Origin: Eledone cirrhosa
Taxonomy: Eukaryota
Length of the DNA: 64,000 nt
Direction: 5' to 3'
NCBI GenBank assembly: GCA_964016885.1
Contig: OZ024753.1
Coordinates: 42,470,001-42,534,000 of the forward strand
Shown piece by piece: positions 14,195-26,845 of this stretch. The notes below the pieces were generated by a model that worked only from the letters and a program-made list of their open reading frames with translations, did not search any database and was not told the origin of the DNA. Each line of letters opens with the position of its first letter. Position 1 is the stretch's first letter. The position numbers were made by a program, and so were the translations under genes.

Positions 14195-14880
14195 TGTGCT
14201 GAGTGCTTCTGGAGGATATCTCCTTTAATTTGTCCAGTCGATCACAGTGTACACCCAGTTTAACAGTCCTGTCCATGGGAAGAAGCTCGTAAAAGAAAAC
14301 ACCCATCCAATTCCACCAAATTGAAAGCATAACCTTCTTCGGGTGAAGTCCTGCTTTGGAGGTTATCTGCAGTGGTTCACTGCACTTCTCCCGTGATCCT
14401 TTGTACTTCACATTGTTATAGACGATCCATTTTTCGCCTCTGTTACCATTCTCTTAAATAAGATATCGTTTTCTACACGTTTCTGCAAAGAATCGCGGAT
14501 GGAAGCCCGTTGGGTGAGGTTAGTCTCATTAAATTGGTGTGGAACCCAAATATCGAGCCTGTTGACGTTAGCAAGTTGATGAAGATGGTTTTCAACATTT
14601 GATTTGGATATTTAAAGAAAATCTGCGATCATTCTGGTCGTATATCGGAGATTATTGTCAACTAACTCAGTTGGTTGACTAGAGTGCGGTGCATTTTGAA
14701 CCGAAAAATTTCCCGATGGAAATCTTGAAAACCACTTTTACCCCGCACGCCATTTAACAGCATCTTTCCCGTACACTGCTCACATCTTCTTGTAGGTTTC
14801 GGTCGCTTTCCTGGCCCTTTTTTTAAAAGTAAAAAATGCACGAGACGTCGACAAAGTACACAAAAGCTTATCGTGACCTG
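14195..14880 (-). pseudogene. Decayed mariner transposase fragment
   Basis: Translates to RLDIWVPHQF (WVPHEL motif), KRMVTEAKKWIVYNNV (TGDEKW motif), GLHPKKVMLSIWWNWMGVFFYELLP; frameshifted and 3'-truncated. Confidence 0.9.
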
Positions 14881-15020
14881 CATTGAAGTGTCAAGTATCA
14901 CAAGAACATACTCAACAGATAGACTGCGGTTAGCTACTTTTAGAGCACTTCAAGTTTAGTGTCGACACATGCACACGGATACAAAGTAAAGTTCATACAT
15001 AGATGGATGGATGGATATAT

Positions 15021-15120
<100 letters not shown>

Positions 15121-15130
15121 TATATATATA

Positions 15131-15314
15131 TAGGAAAAGAGTCAGGACCCCGACGGCTGAGCTCTGGCCGTTTCGACAGCTAGATCCGATGACGAAACGG
15201 CCGGAGCTCAGCCGTCGGGGTCCTGACTCTTTTCCTGTTACCCACTCTACTACCCTAAGTATTGAGTACTCCGGAGCGTTATGGTCCACCTGGTATCTTA
15301 CCACACCCTATTTG

Positions 15315-15316
<2 letters not shown>
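15131..15316 (+). mobile_element. Family A palindromic short element (subfamily GGAAAAGAGTCAGG)
   Basis: Arms and tail as other copies; (TA)n flanks. Confidence 0.9.
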
Positions 15317-15356
<40 letters not shown>

Positions 15357-15366
15357 ATATATATAC

Positions 15367-15398
<32 letters not shown>

Positions 15399-15533
15399 GC
15401 ATGTATATATATATATATGTATGTATATATATATATATATATATATGCATGTATGTATATATATATATATATATATATATGCATGTATGTATATATATAT
15501 ATATATATGTATGTATATATATATATATGTATG

Positions 15534-15565
<32 letters not shown>

Positions 15566-15595
15566 TATGTATGTATATATATATATATATATATG

Positions 15596-15636
<41 letters not shown>

Positions 15637-15721
15637 ATATACATACATATATATATATATATGCATATATATATATATATCTATATATATATATATGTAT
15701 GTATGTATATATACATACATA

Positions 15722-15799
<78 letters not shown>

Positions 15800-15833
15800 A
15801 GCGTGATTCTGATATTCTCAGACATTACATCTC

Positions 15834-15922
<89 letters not shown>

Positions 15923-15934
15923 ATGATTTGTGGT

Positions 15935-16040
15935 ATTCGGTTCGGCCGTCTGCTCTCTGAGTTCAAATCCCGCTGAGGTCAACTTTGCCTTTCATCCATT
16001 GGAGGTCGATAAAATAGAGTACCAGTAATGCACTGGGGTC
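15935..16040 (+). mobile_element. SINE family 1 fragment
   Basis: GAGTTCAAATCCCGCTGAGGTCAACTTTGCCTTTCATCC. Confidence 0.8.
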
Positions 16041-16202
16041 ATTACTCCTCTATATCCTCTTTTCATTCCCGCTCTCTCAATTTCTATCCTTCTCAGGAGG
16101 AAATCTGCTATATTCAGACCAGGTGAGGAGATGGGCTTCGTCAAGTTTTAAAATATTCAATCCCTACGACTCCACGAGGAGTTATGGGGCCCTACATATT
16201 TA

Positions 16203-16707
16203 CGAGGGGGCCTTCAAAAGGTTCGTTGAAAAAGTACATAGCTAAAAATCATATTCAGGGATTTTGATCTCAATGCACCTGTACGTTCTCGTACTCACGT
16301 GTCATAACATGTTCTAACATGAACCCTTAAATGCATGAGACAACGTGGCGCCACCAGTCGGAAGTCAGCACCTACTCGAGCAACATGGTCTCCTTCAAAA
16401 CATCAAATTCATGGTGAAGCTACGGTGGAAGAACAGCCACATCACTGACACTCTGAAGCAAGTTTACGGGGACAATGTCCCAAAGAAATCAACAACCTAC
16501 ATATGGATAAGTCGTTTTAGAAGTGGAAGAGATGGGGCTGAAGATGATCGCCAGTTAAAAATGTAAAAAAAAGCTGGTTTAAATCGCATGTCCCTCAGTT
16601 TTACACAGATCAAAGGCTGGTATCAAAGTTTACAGAAGTGTATTGACCTAGATGGAGCATATGTTGAAAAATAAACATCATATCTTAAGCCTTTTTTTCC
16701 CACGAAC
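16203..16707 (+). mobile_element. Internally deleted irritans-type (Hsmar2-like) mariner
   Basis: TA + TIR CGAGGGGGCCTTCAAAAGGTTCGTTGAAAA; N-terminus NIKFMVKLRWKNSHITDTLKQVYGDNVPKKS; C-terminus GWYQSLQKCIDLDGAYVEK*; partial 3' TIR TTTTTTCCCACGAAC. Similarity to Hsmar2 is from recall. Confidence 0.85.
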
Positions 16708-16744
16708 AAAAGGCTTAAGATATGATGTTTATTATATATATATA

Positions 16745-16932
16745 AGGCGGTGGATTGGCAGTATCGGTAGAGGGTCGGACGCCATGCTTTCCAGCATAGT
16801 TACGTCCCTTTACGATCTGAGTTCAAATCCCGCCGAGGTTGACTTTGCCTTTCATCCTTACGGGGTCGATAAAATAAAGTACCAGTAATGCACTGGGTAA
16901 TTGCTGGCCTTGTGCCTAAAGTAGAAACAATT
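16745..16932 (+). mobile_element. SINE family 1, full length
   Basis: Pol III A/B boxes, conserved core resembling (from recall) the Meta-SINE domain, tail AAAGTAGAAACAATTA. Confidence 0.9.
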
Positions 16933-17164
16933 ATATATATATCTATCTATATATGTATATATATAATATATGATAAAGGCGAATTACTGCGTGTATATCT
17001 GCCTGGCTCGTTGGCTTCAGCAGCTTTATATTGTAGCTTCTACCAATGTTTTACAGTGTAGGATCGATCGACTTTCGTCAAATCGGACCGAGGAAACAAT
17101 GTTTCCATTGGTCTTTCCAGTTGCCAATACTATCTATCGGTCGCAACTCCAGGTAGAAGGAGCA

Positions 17165-17272
17165 AGGTGAAATAAAGTGTCTTGCTCAAGGACATAACGC
17201 ATCGTCCGGTCCGTGAATCGAACTCACAACTTCACGATTGCGAATCCAATTCTTTAGCCACTCAGCCACACG
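17165..17272 (-). mobile_element. tRNA-derived SINE head (family 2)
   Basis: Minus strand TGGCTGAGTGG A-box, GAGTTCGATTC B-box, TTGAGCAAGACACTTTATTTCAC. Confidence 0.7.
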
Positions 17273-17464
17273 GGTTTTACAGTAAAGAAACAAACCAACA
17301 ACCAAATATGTCATTGCAAGTTCGTATCGTTCTCAGGACACGAAACATTTTAATTAGAAGCGATTCACTACACTTGAACATCGATTAAAAAACAGCAACT
17401 AAAAACCAAAAAAATGTTTTCTTCGAAAATTCGTACGGGTTCAAATCTCGTCGAAGATTCTGTG

Positions 17465-17682
17465 GTGGGTTGTGCTGTGCTAGGCTGGGCCAGGCTCTGC
17501 TCGGTTGTGTTGTGCTGTGTTGGGCTGGGCTGTGCTCAGTTGTGCTGGGTTGTATTGGGCTGTGTTGGGCTGGGCTGTGCTCAGTTGTGCTGGGTTGTGT
17601 TGGGCTGTGCTGTGCTGTGCTAGGCTGCGCTGGGTTGTGTTGGGCTGTGCTGGGTTGTGCTGTGCTGTGCTGGGCTGGGTTG
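17465..17682. repeat. (CTGTG/CTGGG)n pentanucleotide repeat
   Basis: Direct reading. Confidence 0.9.
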
Positions 17683-17871
17683 TTTCAATTATGCCTCTTT
17701 TATTACTGTCATTGTTTAATTACAATAAAGGTCACCACCTTCGGCTTAATCGAGGACGATGAATTATATCAAATAAATTGTAAGACATTACAGAAAGAGT
17801 CACAAACATTTCTACTAGCATATCTATATATCTCTCTCTACCTCTGTGTGTGTATATATATATATATATAC

Positions 17872-17917
<46 letters not shown>

Positions 17918-17997
17918 TTGCATATAAAAGGGCTGAAACGCTTGAGGTTTTTTTTCTTCTCTGAAGACTCTGTCCAGCTCTCCTGAGAGTTTCTTAC

Positions 17998-18200
17998 CAT
18001 CATCATCATCATCGTTTAACGTCCATCTTCCACGCTAGCATGGGTTTGGACGGGAATTTTCTCACTTGAGGCAAGATTGGTTGTCTTGCTCGTATAGGAC
18101 TGTCTGGCGGGTTTTCTACAGTTGGATGCCCTTCCTAACACCAACCACGTTTACAGTGTGGACTGGGAGGTTTTTACCGTGTTACCTACACGGCCACATT
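17998..18200 (-). mobile_element. SINE-like fragment with (GAT)n tail
   Basis: Minus strand GGTTGGTGTTAGGAAGGGCATCCAACTGTAGAAAACC ... GGACGTTAAACGATGATGATG. Confidence 0.55.
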
Positions 18201-18201
18201 A

Positions 18202-18247
<46 letters not shown>

Positions 18248-18254
<7 letters not shown>

Positions 18255-18440
18255 ATATAGAAAGGCTTCTACAGGACTAGAACTGTTTCATTCGGGAGAA
18301 ATCATTAGGGCTTCCTGATGATTTCTCCCGAATGAAACAGTTCTAGTCCTGTAGAAGCCTTTCTATATTAAATATTTATACTCTGCTTTGTATTGAGTAC
18401 CTTACTTACTGTGGTTACCCCCGATTGAACCCGGGATAAA

Positions 18441-18443
<3 letters not shown>
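18248..18443 (+). mobile_element. Family B palindromic hammerhead element
   Basis: About 60 bp arms meeting at 18310-18313, tail TACTCTGCTTTGTATTGAGTAC..CCCGGGATAAAC, (TA)n on both sides. Confidence 0.9.
18309..18359 (+). ncRNA. Type I hammerhead ribozyme
   Basis: Stem I GGCTTC/GAAGCC; CTGATGA 18315-21; stem II TTC/GAA; GAAA 18334; stem III ACAG/CTGT with loop TTCTAGTC; predicted cut GUA after 18353. Confidence 0.8.
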
Positions 18444-18497
<54 letters not shown>

Positions 18498-18542
18498 CAG
18501 ACGTACTAAGAGTGAGAAATGAAATTTCGTTTCATTTTTTCC

Positions 18543-18578
<36 letters not shown>

Positions 18579-18643
18579 TCATGTGTATATATTTACACAC
18601 ACACACACACACACACTTTCACGCACACACACACACACACTTT

Positions 18644-18686
<43 letters not shown>

Positions 18687-18855
18687 GTCTATACAACCGT
18701 GGGTGTAATCTATACATTTATTTACATACACGAAGAGATTTAGTTAAAATCTAGTTATACAAACCTGTATATCGTATGGCTGCTGAATATACATTTGACA
18801 CGAATATGTTTGTATACCTACCTCTGCATCTACTCTCACTTTATACACACACACA

Positions 18856-18887
<32 letters not shown>

Positions 18888-18956
18888 GTGTGTGTGTATG
18901 CGTATATATGTGTGTATTCGTACATATATATATATATATGTGTGTGTGTATTCGTA

Positions 18957-18992
<36 letters not shown>

Positions 18993-19040
18993 AATGTATT
19001 CGTATATATATGTGTGTGTGTGTATGCGTGTGTGTTATAT

Positions 19041-19235
19041 ATAGGAACGAGTAGGACCCCGACGGCTGAGCTCAAGCCGTTTCGACGGCTAATTATGGAC
19101 TAGAATTAGCCGTCGAAACGGCTTGAGCTCAGCCGTCGGGGTCCTACTAGTTCCTATTACCCACTCTACTACCCTAAGTATTGAGTACTTTGGTGCGTTA
19201 TGGTCCATCTGGTTCCTTACCACATTTCCTTCGTT
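19041..19235 (+). mobile_element. Family A palindromic short element
   Basis: Arms + tail; tail abuts another repeat (19236-19280, also at 58302-58352). Confidence 0.9.
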
Positions 19236-19274
19236 GAGCCCTCTTTGGATTTTAGTCTTCAAATTTATTATTAT

Positions 19275-19309
<35 letters not shown>

Positions 19310-19644
19310 ATGAAATATCTATGATCGTCGGCAAATCACTGATGAGGGACTCATTTTATTACATGTTATCCATGTGCAACCTGCAGTATTCTTCTCCCCA
19401 TTTTTTCACACACATATATATATATATAATATATATGTGTGTGTATGCGTGTATATCTATATATCTAATGTGTGTGTGTATGCTTGTATATATATATATA
19501 TATATATGTGTATATATATCTATATATATATATATATAGACACAAAGTCAATATCGAAATCGACCCCCCTCCCCACGGGGACACACTCTCCCGTGAACAC
19601 CGATGTACACCCCCCCCACACATATATATATATATATATATATA

Positions 19645-19745
19645 CAGGGTGTCCCCCAAAAATGTTTACACACTTCAAAAGCATTTTAATAAATATTGCC
19701 TGCGCAGGTAATCAAAGTGTGTATACATATTTTGGGGCCATCCTG
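19645..19745. mobile_element. Tc1/mariner-type MITE
   Basis: TA-CAGGGTGTCCCC...GGGGCCATCCTG-TA; paralogue of 6480-6579. Confidence 0.85.
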
Positions 19746-19844
19746 TATATATTACACTTCCTGCCGAGCAAATTCCTCTCTGAAGGCATTGGCCAAACTG
19801 GGGCTCTTGTAGGTACCTACTTGCCTATGGTGCCGTGCCAAGCA

Positions 19845-20105
19845 AACCCCTTAATCACACTGCCATGTCAACAGCCTATGTTGTAAAGTGAACTCTTTAA
19901 TCACACAACCATATCTACACCTATGTGATTAGGAACCCCTTAATCACACAACCATGTCTACGCCTATGTTGTGAAGGGAAGCCCTCAACCACACAGCCCT
20001 CGCTACACTTATGTAGCTACGAAGGGAAGCCCTCAACCACACAGCCCTCGCTACACTTATGTAGCTACGAAGGGAACCCCTCAACCACACAGCCCTATCT
20101 ACACC
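19845..20105. repeat. Degenerate ~45-50 bp tandem repeat
   Basis: Recurrent AA(T/C)CACACA(G/A)CC...CTAC units. Confidence 0.7.
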
Positions 20106-20199
20106 TAAGTCTGTACTTGTTTTTGTTTTTTTTCTTACACTTGCATATTTCAATATATCCATGCAACTGCTGTTACTTGTATGTGTGTGCACATGTTGT

Positions 20200-20650
20200 G
20201 AAGCCAAGTGGCTTAGTGGTTTGGTGTGTTTAATTAAAGATCGTAAGGCCGCGAGTTCGATTTCTGGCAGCGCTTTGTGTTCTTCAGCAAGATACTTTAT
20301 TTCACATTGCTACAGTCCTCTCAGATTGAAAACAATGAGTTGTACCTATAAACTGAATGGGTCTACCTTGTTACACCTTATTAAACAATGTGTCATCTGA
20401 GAATTACGTGAAGGAGTACACGTGCTTGTGGAATGCCCAGCCACGTACACACTATAATTCAAAATACGTTGTACCTGTAATTTAAAGCGGTCAGCCTTGA
20501 CACATGTCTCGCGCTGAATCTCCCTGAGAACTACATTAAGGTTACACGTGTCTGTGGAATGCTCAGTCACTTACACGTTAATTTCACAAGCAAAGTTGTT
20601 CCGTTGATCAAACAACTGGAACACTCATCGTCGAAACCGACGAAGGACCA
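20200..20650 (+). mobile_element. SINE family 2, near full length
   Basis: A-box TGGCTTAGTGG, B-box GAGTTCGATT, body shared with 9220-9360 and 44945-45195. Confidence 0.75.
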
Positions 20651-21342
20651 ATCAATTCCACTCCTCTGCGTTCCACTTAAATGTATTTGAGACTGTTCTG
20701 TTATTTGTGTGTATGTGTGTCTGTCTGTATATGTGTGTGTGTTTGTGTGTGTATGCATGAGTGTGTGTGTGTATGTGTGTCCGTCTGTATATATATGTGT
20801 GTGTGTATGTATGTGTGTGTGTGTATGCATGAGTGTGTGTGTGTGTGTATGTGTGTCCGTCTGTATATATATATATGTGTGTGTGTATGTGTATGTGTGT
20901 ATGTGTCTCTGTCTGTATATGTGGGTGCTTGTGTGTGTGTGACTGTATGCATGGTTGTATATTTATGTGTGCGTGCGTGTGTGTGTGACTGTATGCATGT
21001 TTGTATATTTATGTGTAAGTGTGTGTGTGTGTGACTGTATGCATGTTTGTATATGCGTGCGTGAGCGTGTGAGTGTATGTATGTTTGTATATGCGTGTGT
21101 GTCTGTATGTACGTTTGTATATGTGTGTGTGTGTGTGTATGTCTATATGTATGGATATCTGCGCACGCCTAAGTATGTTTGTATATACGTGCGTGTGTGT
21201 GTGTGCGTGTGTATGTTGTGTGTGTGTGTATGACTGTATGCTTGTATATATGCACGTGTGTGTGTCTATATGTTTGTATATGTGTCTGTATGTTTGTATA
21301 TGCATGTGTGTGTGCATGTATGTAAGACTAATTTTGTATATA

Positions 21343-21377
<35 letters not shown>

Positions 21378-21602
21378 CTGTATGTTTGTATATATGCATG
21401 TGTGTGTGTGTGTAAGACTATGTTTGTATATATGCATGTGTGTGTGTGTAAGACTGTATGTTTGTATATATGCATGTGTGTGTGTGTAAGACTGTATGTT
21501 TGTATATATGCATGTGTGTGTGTGTGTGTGTGTGTGTAAGACTGTATGTTTGTATATATGCATGTGTGTGTGTGTGTGTAAGACTGTATGTTTGTATATA
21601 TG

Positions 21603-21635
<33 letters not shown>

Positions 21636-22091
21636 ACCTTTATCAATGTACATACGTCTTACTATGCTACCTGTGTGTGTGTGTGTGTGTGTGTGTGTAC
21701 ATGTTGAATGTATTTGGAGCGGTGCAACTACTACAGCTATAAACCTTCCTAGCCAACTGCTACTGTATCCCAAATAAAGCTTCCCCGGCTGATTAGCAAA
21801 CACTCAGCCAGCCTCTAATTCACCGAAACTGTCTCCTCACTCTATCAATTCTACCGCTGCTACAACGGTATCTGCTCTGTTATAGTAGCATTTCAAAAGA
21901 CACAATGGCGGATATATCTTAGCCTGATAGGGTTAGAGTTTTGAACTCACCATTATTTATCATGTCGTCGGTTCCATTCTTGGACCAGCAACGTGTTGTG
22001 TTCTTCAGCAAGGCACTTGCTTTTCTGTTGCATTTCATGACAGGGAAGGGGCCCTTATCATTAAAACACCCAAGGCACCTCTTATGAAATA

Positions 22092-22282
22092 ATTGTTTCT
22101 ATGTTTGGCACAAGGCCAGCAATTACCCCAGTGCATTACTGGTACTTCGTTTTATCGACCCCGTAAGGATGAAAGGCAAAGTTAACCTCGGTGGGATTTG
22201 AACTCAGAATGGCAAGGGCCGTAACTCCATGCGTCAAAGCATGGTGTCTGACCCTCTACCGATACTGCCAATCCACCGCCCC
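22092..22282 (-). mobile_element. SINE family 1, full length
   Basis: Reverse complement of 16745-16932. Confidence 0.9.
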
Positions 22283-22389
22283 TTTGAAATAATACAATTT
22301 CGAAGGAGGCCAGCTTAACATAAATAGGTATGAGATATAAATTCTAAAAGCCTGCTGAAGTCGGTCTCAAGCCCGGGGACTCATCAGAC

Positions 22390-22590
22390 CGATGCTTATC
22401 CTGGTGTATGTGATGTTAGGTGACTGAGAGTACAAGACTCCTCCTTGGACAGCTATTGTTGTTGGTACTGCAGTAATGTGAAATGAAGTGTTTTGCTTAA
22501 GAACACAACACGCAACCTAACCCAGGAATCGAACTCGCAACATTATGATCGTAAGTCCACCAGCCTTACCACTAGGCCACACACCTCCAT
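22390..22590 (-). mobile_element. tRNA-derived SINE
   Basis: Minus strand TGGCCTAGTGG A-box, GAGTTCGATTCC B-box, AAGCAAAACACTTCATTTCAC; body similar to 9420-9590. Confidence 0.7.
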
Positions 22591-22767
22591 AGATATAAAT
22601 TACAGTTCATTTATATACCGGCAATAAAGATACACTTCTCTTTCATTTGTTTCTGAGACATTTTCTTCACTAAAGGATCTAGTTACCTACAGATGTAACA
22701 AGAGACATACCTGTCCATTATGTAAATGTAAGGTGCACACAGATTAATGATAGCGTCGACTGGCTAC

Positions 22768-23060
22768 ATTTTATTGTGGTATCAGCACTACCACTTTACA
22801 GAGTGTACTGGGTGTATTTTATCATGACACCAACACTACCACTTTACAGAGTGTACTGGGTGTATTTTATCACGGCATCAACACTATCACTTTACAGAAT
22901 GTACTGGGTGTATTTTATCATGGCATCAGCACTACCACTTTATAGAGTGTACTGGGTGCATTTTATTGTGACACCAGCACTACCACTTTACAGAGTGTAC
23001 TGGGTGTATTTTATCATGACACCAACACTACTGCTTTACAGAGTGTACTGGGTGCATTAT
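22768..23060. repeat. 48 bp minisatellite, 6 copies
   Basis: CTACCACTTTACAGAGTGTACTGGGTGTATTTTATCATGACACCAACA. Confidence 0.95.
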
Positions 23061-23249
23061 TATAAATCCTTAACAATATTCCGTATCATGTAACACAACA
23101 TAACTTCATGTAACTCCAAGTTCAGAAAAGTGAAACTAATATTTGGTAATTTTATGAAGTTTTAGCTTCATAAATAAAACCTGTAACCTCTACATCTGGC
23201 ATTGGATAATTCTTTTAGTTTGTAAATAGAAGTATTTGTCTGCCTGTCT

Positions 23250-23322
<73 letters not shown>

Positions 23323-23368
23323 CATACATACATATATACATACATATATACTTGGGTTATATATATAT

Positions 23369-23753
23369 AAATTAAAATGAAGAATTAGAAATAGAAGCCA
23401 GGACTATCCATCATCAGTGGTCTACTAGCCATCATAGGTATTTCTTCCCATTAAAGACCAGATACCTCAGGCTAGCGAGAACAATAACTAAAATAAGTTA
23501 TTGGGATAAAAAGAATTGGGTGCCATTCGTGTTTGTTTACCTGTCTCTCTTTCTCCACCCAATTCTTTTTATCCCAATAACTTATTTTAGTTATTGTTCG
23601 CGCTAGCCTGAGGCATCTGGTCTTTAATGCGAAGAAATACCTATGATGGCTAGTAGATCACTGATGATGGATAGTCCTGGCTTCTATTTCTAATTCTTCA
23701 TTTTAATTTGTATATCACACTTGCAACAACACAACACGCCATTTTTCATTTTT
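23369..23753 (+). mobile_element. Family D long palindromic element in (TA)n
   Basis: About 154 bp arms (23369-23522 / 23556-23709), 33 bp spacer, about 45 bp unique tail, (TA)n flanks. Confidence 0.85.
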
Positions 23754-24079
23754 ATATATATATATACATGGTGGCTGCCAACTCGTTTTCGAGTACGGCC
23801 ACTACTTTATATCCATGTAGGAGAATCCCTACCGATGTGCTGAACGAGTGTGACTTTTTAGTCCAGCCAGCGACTTGAAAACTCTGGTACAAACACTACA
23901 CTTGTGACAATTATTGACACATAGTGCTGGGCCCATGGTACCACGTGACGACAAGTGCAGAGAGATCTCCAGATATAAGGCAATGCCTGTGCCGTGAAGC
24001 TTTTATAGTGAGCAAAGGCACTGCACAAAGCCAGTCCCACTCTCTTAACCAAGATGATATTTACCAAAAAGAAGAACAA

Positions 24080-24380
24080 GTCAACATCATTGGATACCAT
24101 CAGGGTTGCAGGTGTTATATCAGAGTTTTCCTTCTCCTAGAATTCTGCCTTGACAAAGGCTAAGGGGTCATCTCTCCCGGTGATTTTGGATGGCCATTGG
24201 CTCTTAAGAGCTTCTTTGCCCTTTGACAGGTTTTGTTTTTAGTCCTGCAAGGATGTCCAAAGTCACCCTCCTCACCAAGAAACCTTGGTGGGGTTGCCAG
24301 TTTAGTCGCCAACGACCCGACCATGAGACAGGTTGTACTGGGATACATGTTACCAGTAGCAGCAACTGGTGACCTGACCA
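24080..24380 (-). mobile_element. Probable LINE (RTE-like) 5' UTR fragment
   Basis: Minus strand GGAGAAGGAAAACTCTGATATAACACC resembles RTE 5' UTRs (recall); HDV-like motif at its 5' end. Confidence 0.4.
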
Positions 24381-24629
24381 TACATACATACATACATACA
24401 TATATATATACATACATATATACATACATATATATACATACATACGCATATATATATATATATCATCATCATCATCATCATATGTGTGTGTGTATGTGTG
24501 AGTGTGTGTGTCTAAGGGTGCCCCCCCCCCTGTCGAGCCCCACGTGGGTTTTGATAACGGCCAGTCCTTGGTTTGGCACTTGAACGAAAAGTTCAATCAT
24601 CTTACCAAAAGCTTAACATTATTTGTCTA

Positions 24630-24737
24630 ACCCGCCGAGGTTGACTTTGCCTTTCATCCTTACGGGGTCGATAAAATAAAGTACCAGTAATGCACTGGGT
24701 AATTTGCTGGCCTTGTGCCTAAAGTAGAAACAATTAT
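24630..24737 (+). mobile_element. SINE family 1, 3' half
   Basis: Core and tail match 16830-16932. Confidence 0.85.
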
Positions 24738-25053
24738 TTGTCTAAGCAGACAGTACCTGATTTAGGAGTTGCAGAAACCCAAATGCTGGATTTTACCAAC
24801 CTTCCAGGGGTCCGGGTATAATTTTCAATCATATTTTATTTGTTTGACCCGAGTTACTTGGTCGTTTCTATGGCTGTGTGGATAATGGTTTAACCATCGT
24901 CTCAGTGTGTTTGGCCTTGTAACTTATCTTGTAGCTCTGGTTCACTAGCTTCTATGGAGCGCTGGCCACACATCTCGGAAGTTGTATTTCGTTAATTTCC
25001 AATAGTCGAAATACGATTCTCGCTAATTTATATTTGTATATATTTGTATATAA

Positions 25054-25133
<80 letters not shown>

Positions 25134-25280
25134 GTGTGTGTGTATATATAGAGAGAGACACATGTAGCTGATTGAGGTTGATCTTGTCAGATCAACCTAA
25201 GATGTGAGAAAGAAAGGAACTATAGGAGAACGGATGAGAAGAAGGGGAGTTTTATAGATTACTGTTTCCCCTCTCTCTGA

Positions 25281-25634
25281 CACACACTGCCACACACACT
25301 ACCACACACACTGCCACACACTACCACACACACTGCCACACACACTACCACACACACTACCACACACACTACCACACACACTACCACACACTACCACACA
25401 CACTACCACACACACTACCACACACACTGCCACACACACTACCACAAACACTACCACACACACTGCCACACACACTACCACACACACTACCACACACACT
25501 ACCACACACACTACCACACACACTACCACAAACACTACCACACACACTGCCACACACACTACCACACACACTACCACACACACTGCCACACACACTACCA
25601 CACACACTACCACACACACTGCCACACACACTAC
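25281..25634. repeat. 12 bp CA-rich minisatellite
   Basis: (CACACACACT(A/G)C)n. Confidence 0.9.
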
Positions 25635-26806
25635 ATCAGGCCCTCCACCCTGCTCTCCCAGACAGACCAAGTAACTAGTCTCTATCAGTTGATACTGGGA
25701 GATGTGATAATAGGGGAGAGTCTATAGTGAAGGGGTGTCGGCTTATTCCAATATAGTACAGCATTGTATAATGACATAGAATTGGAATGGTTAGTTAGTT
25801 GCTCACTGGCTTATAGTACTGTACCTGATATAGTATTACTATATAGTACTGTACCTGATATAGTACCACTATATAGTACTGTACCTAAATACCCATAGAG
25901 TACTCTATCAAAACATCACCATATAGTATTGTACCTATATACCATCATCATCATCACTATCATATAGTACTCTAGCTAAATACTAACACTATCATCATCA
26001 TCATCATCAGTATATAGTACTGTATCGAAACAGCATCATCATCATCATCATCAGTATATAGTACTGTACTGCGATAGCAACATCATCATCATCATCATCA
26101 TAGTACATATAGTACTGTACCGAAGCACCATCATCATTATAACTACCATATAGTAGTGTACCAAACATTCATCATCATCACCAGTTTCATATAGTAGTGT
26201 AGTTAGAAGCCATCATCATCATCATCATCACCAGTTTCATATAGTAGTGTAGTTAGAAGCCATCATCATCATCCTCCTCCTCAGCATCAGTGAGACTCAG
26301 TGTACCTAAATACCAAACATTACACCCACACACGTCATGGCTGACATTAACCTAGAAAGAAGAAAGGAAAATAGAGGATAAAAACAAACTAAAGGAATAA
26401 AGAAAGGAAAGTGAAAGAGGGAGAAAGGGAGAGAGAGAGGGGGGAGAGAGCGAAAGAGAGGGGAGAGAGAGAGGGGTGATGGGGGGGGGTAGACGGAGAA
26501 GGGGGAGAGGGCGAAAGAGGTGTTTGTATATCATTCTTCTTACCATTCATACACACGTGTGTATATATATATATATACACATATACATGCTCAGATTCAT
26601 ACACACTCACACACACACACAGTCATATGCAGTCATACACTCACACACACATACACACACACACACACACAGTCATATGCAGTCATACACACACACACAC
26701 ATACACACACAGTCATATGCATTCACACACACATTCATGTGCATTCACACACACACGCACACACAGTCATATGCATTCACACACACACACACACACACAG
26801 TCATAT

Positions 26807-26845
<39 letters not shown>

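Noticed and set aside
15185-15200. CCGATGAC-GAAAC as the missing family A core
   Set aside because: No room for stem II, seen in one copy only, lies in the variable junction
16745-16830. tRNA genes at A/B-box sites
   Set aside because: No cloverleaf; these are SINE heads
19339-19360. CTGATGAG motif
   Set aside because: No downstream GAAA or supporting stems
22355-22392. Minus-strand CTGATGAG...GAGAC hammerhead candidate
   Set aside because: GAAA box is GAGA, stems I and III do not form
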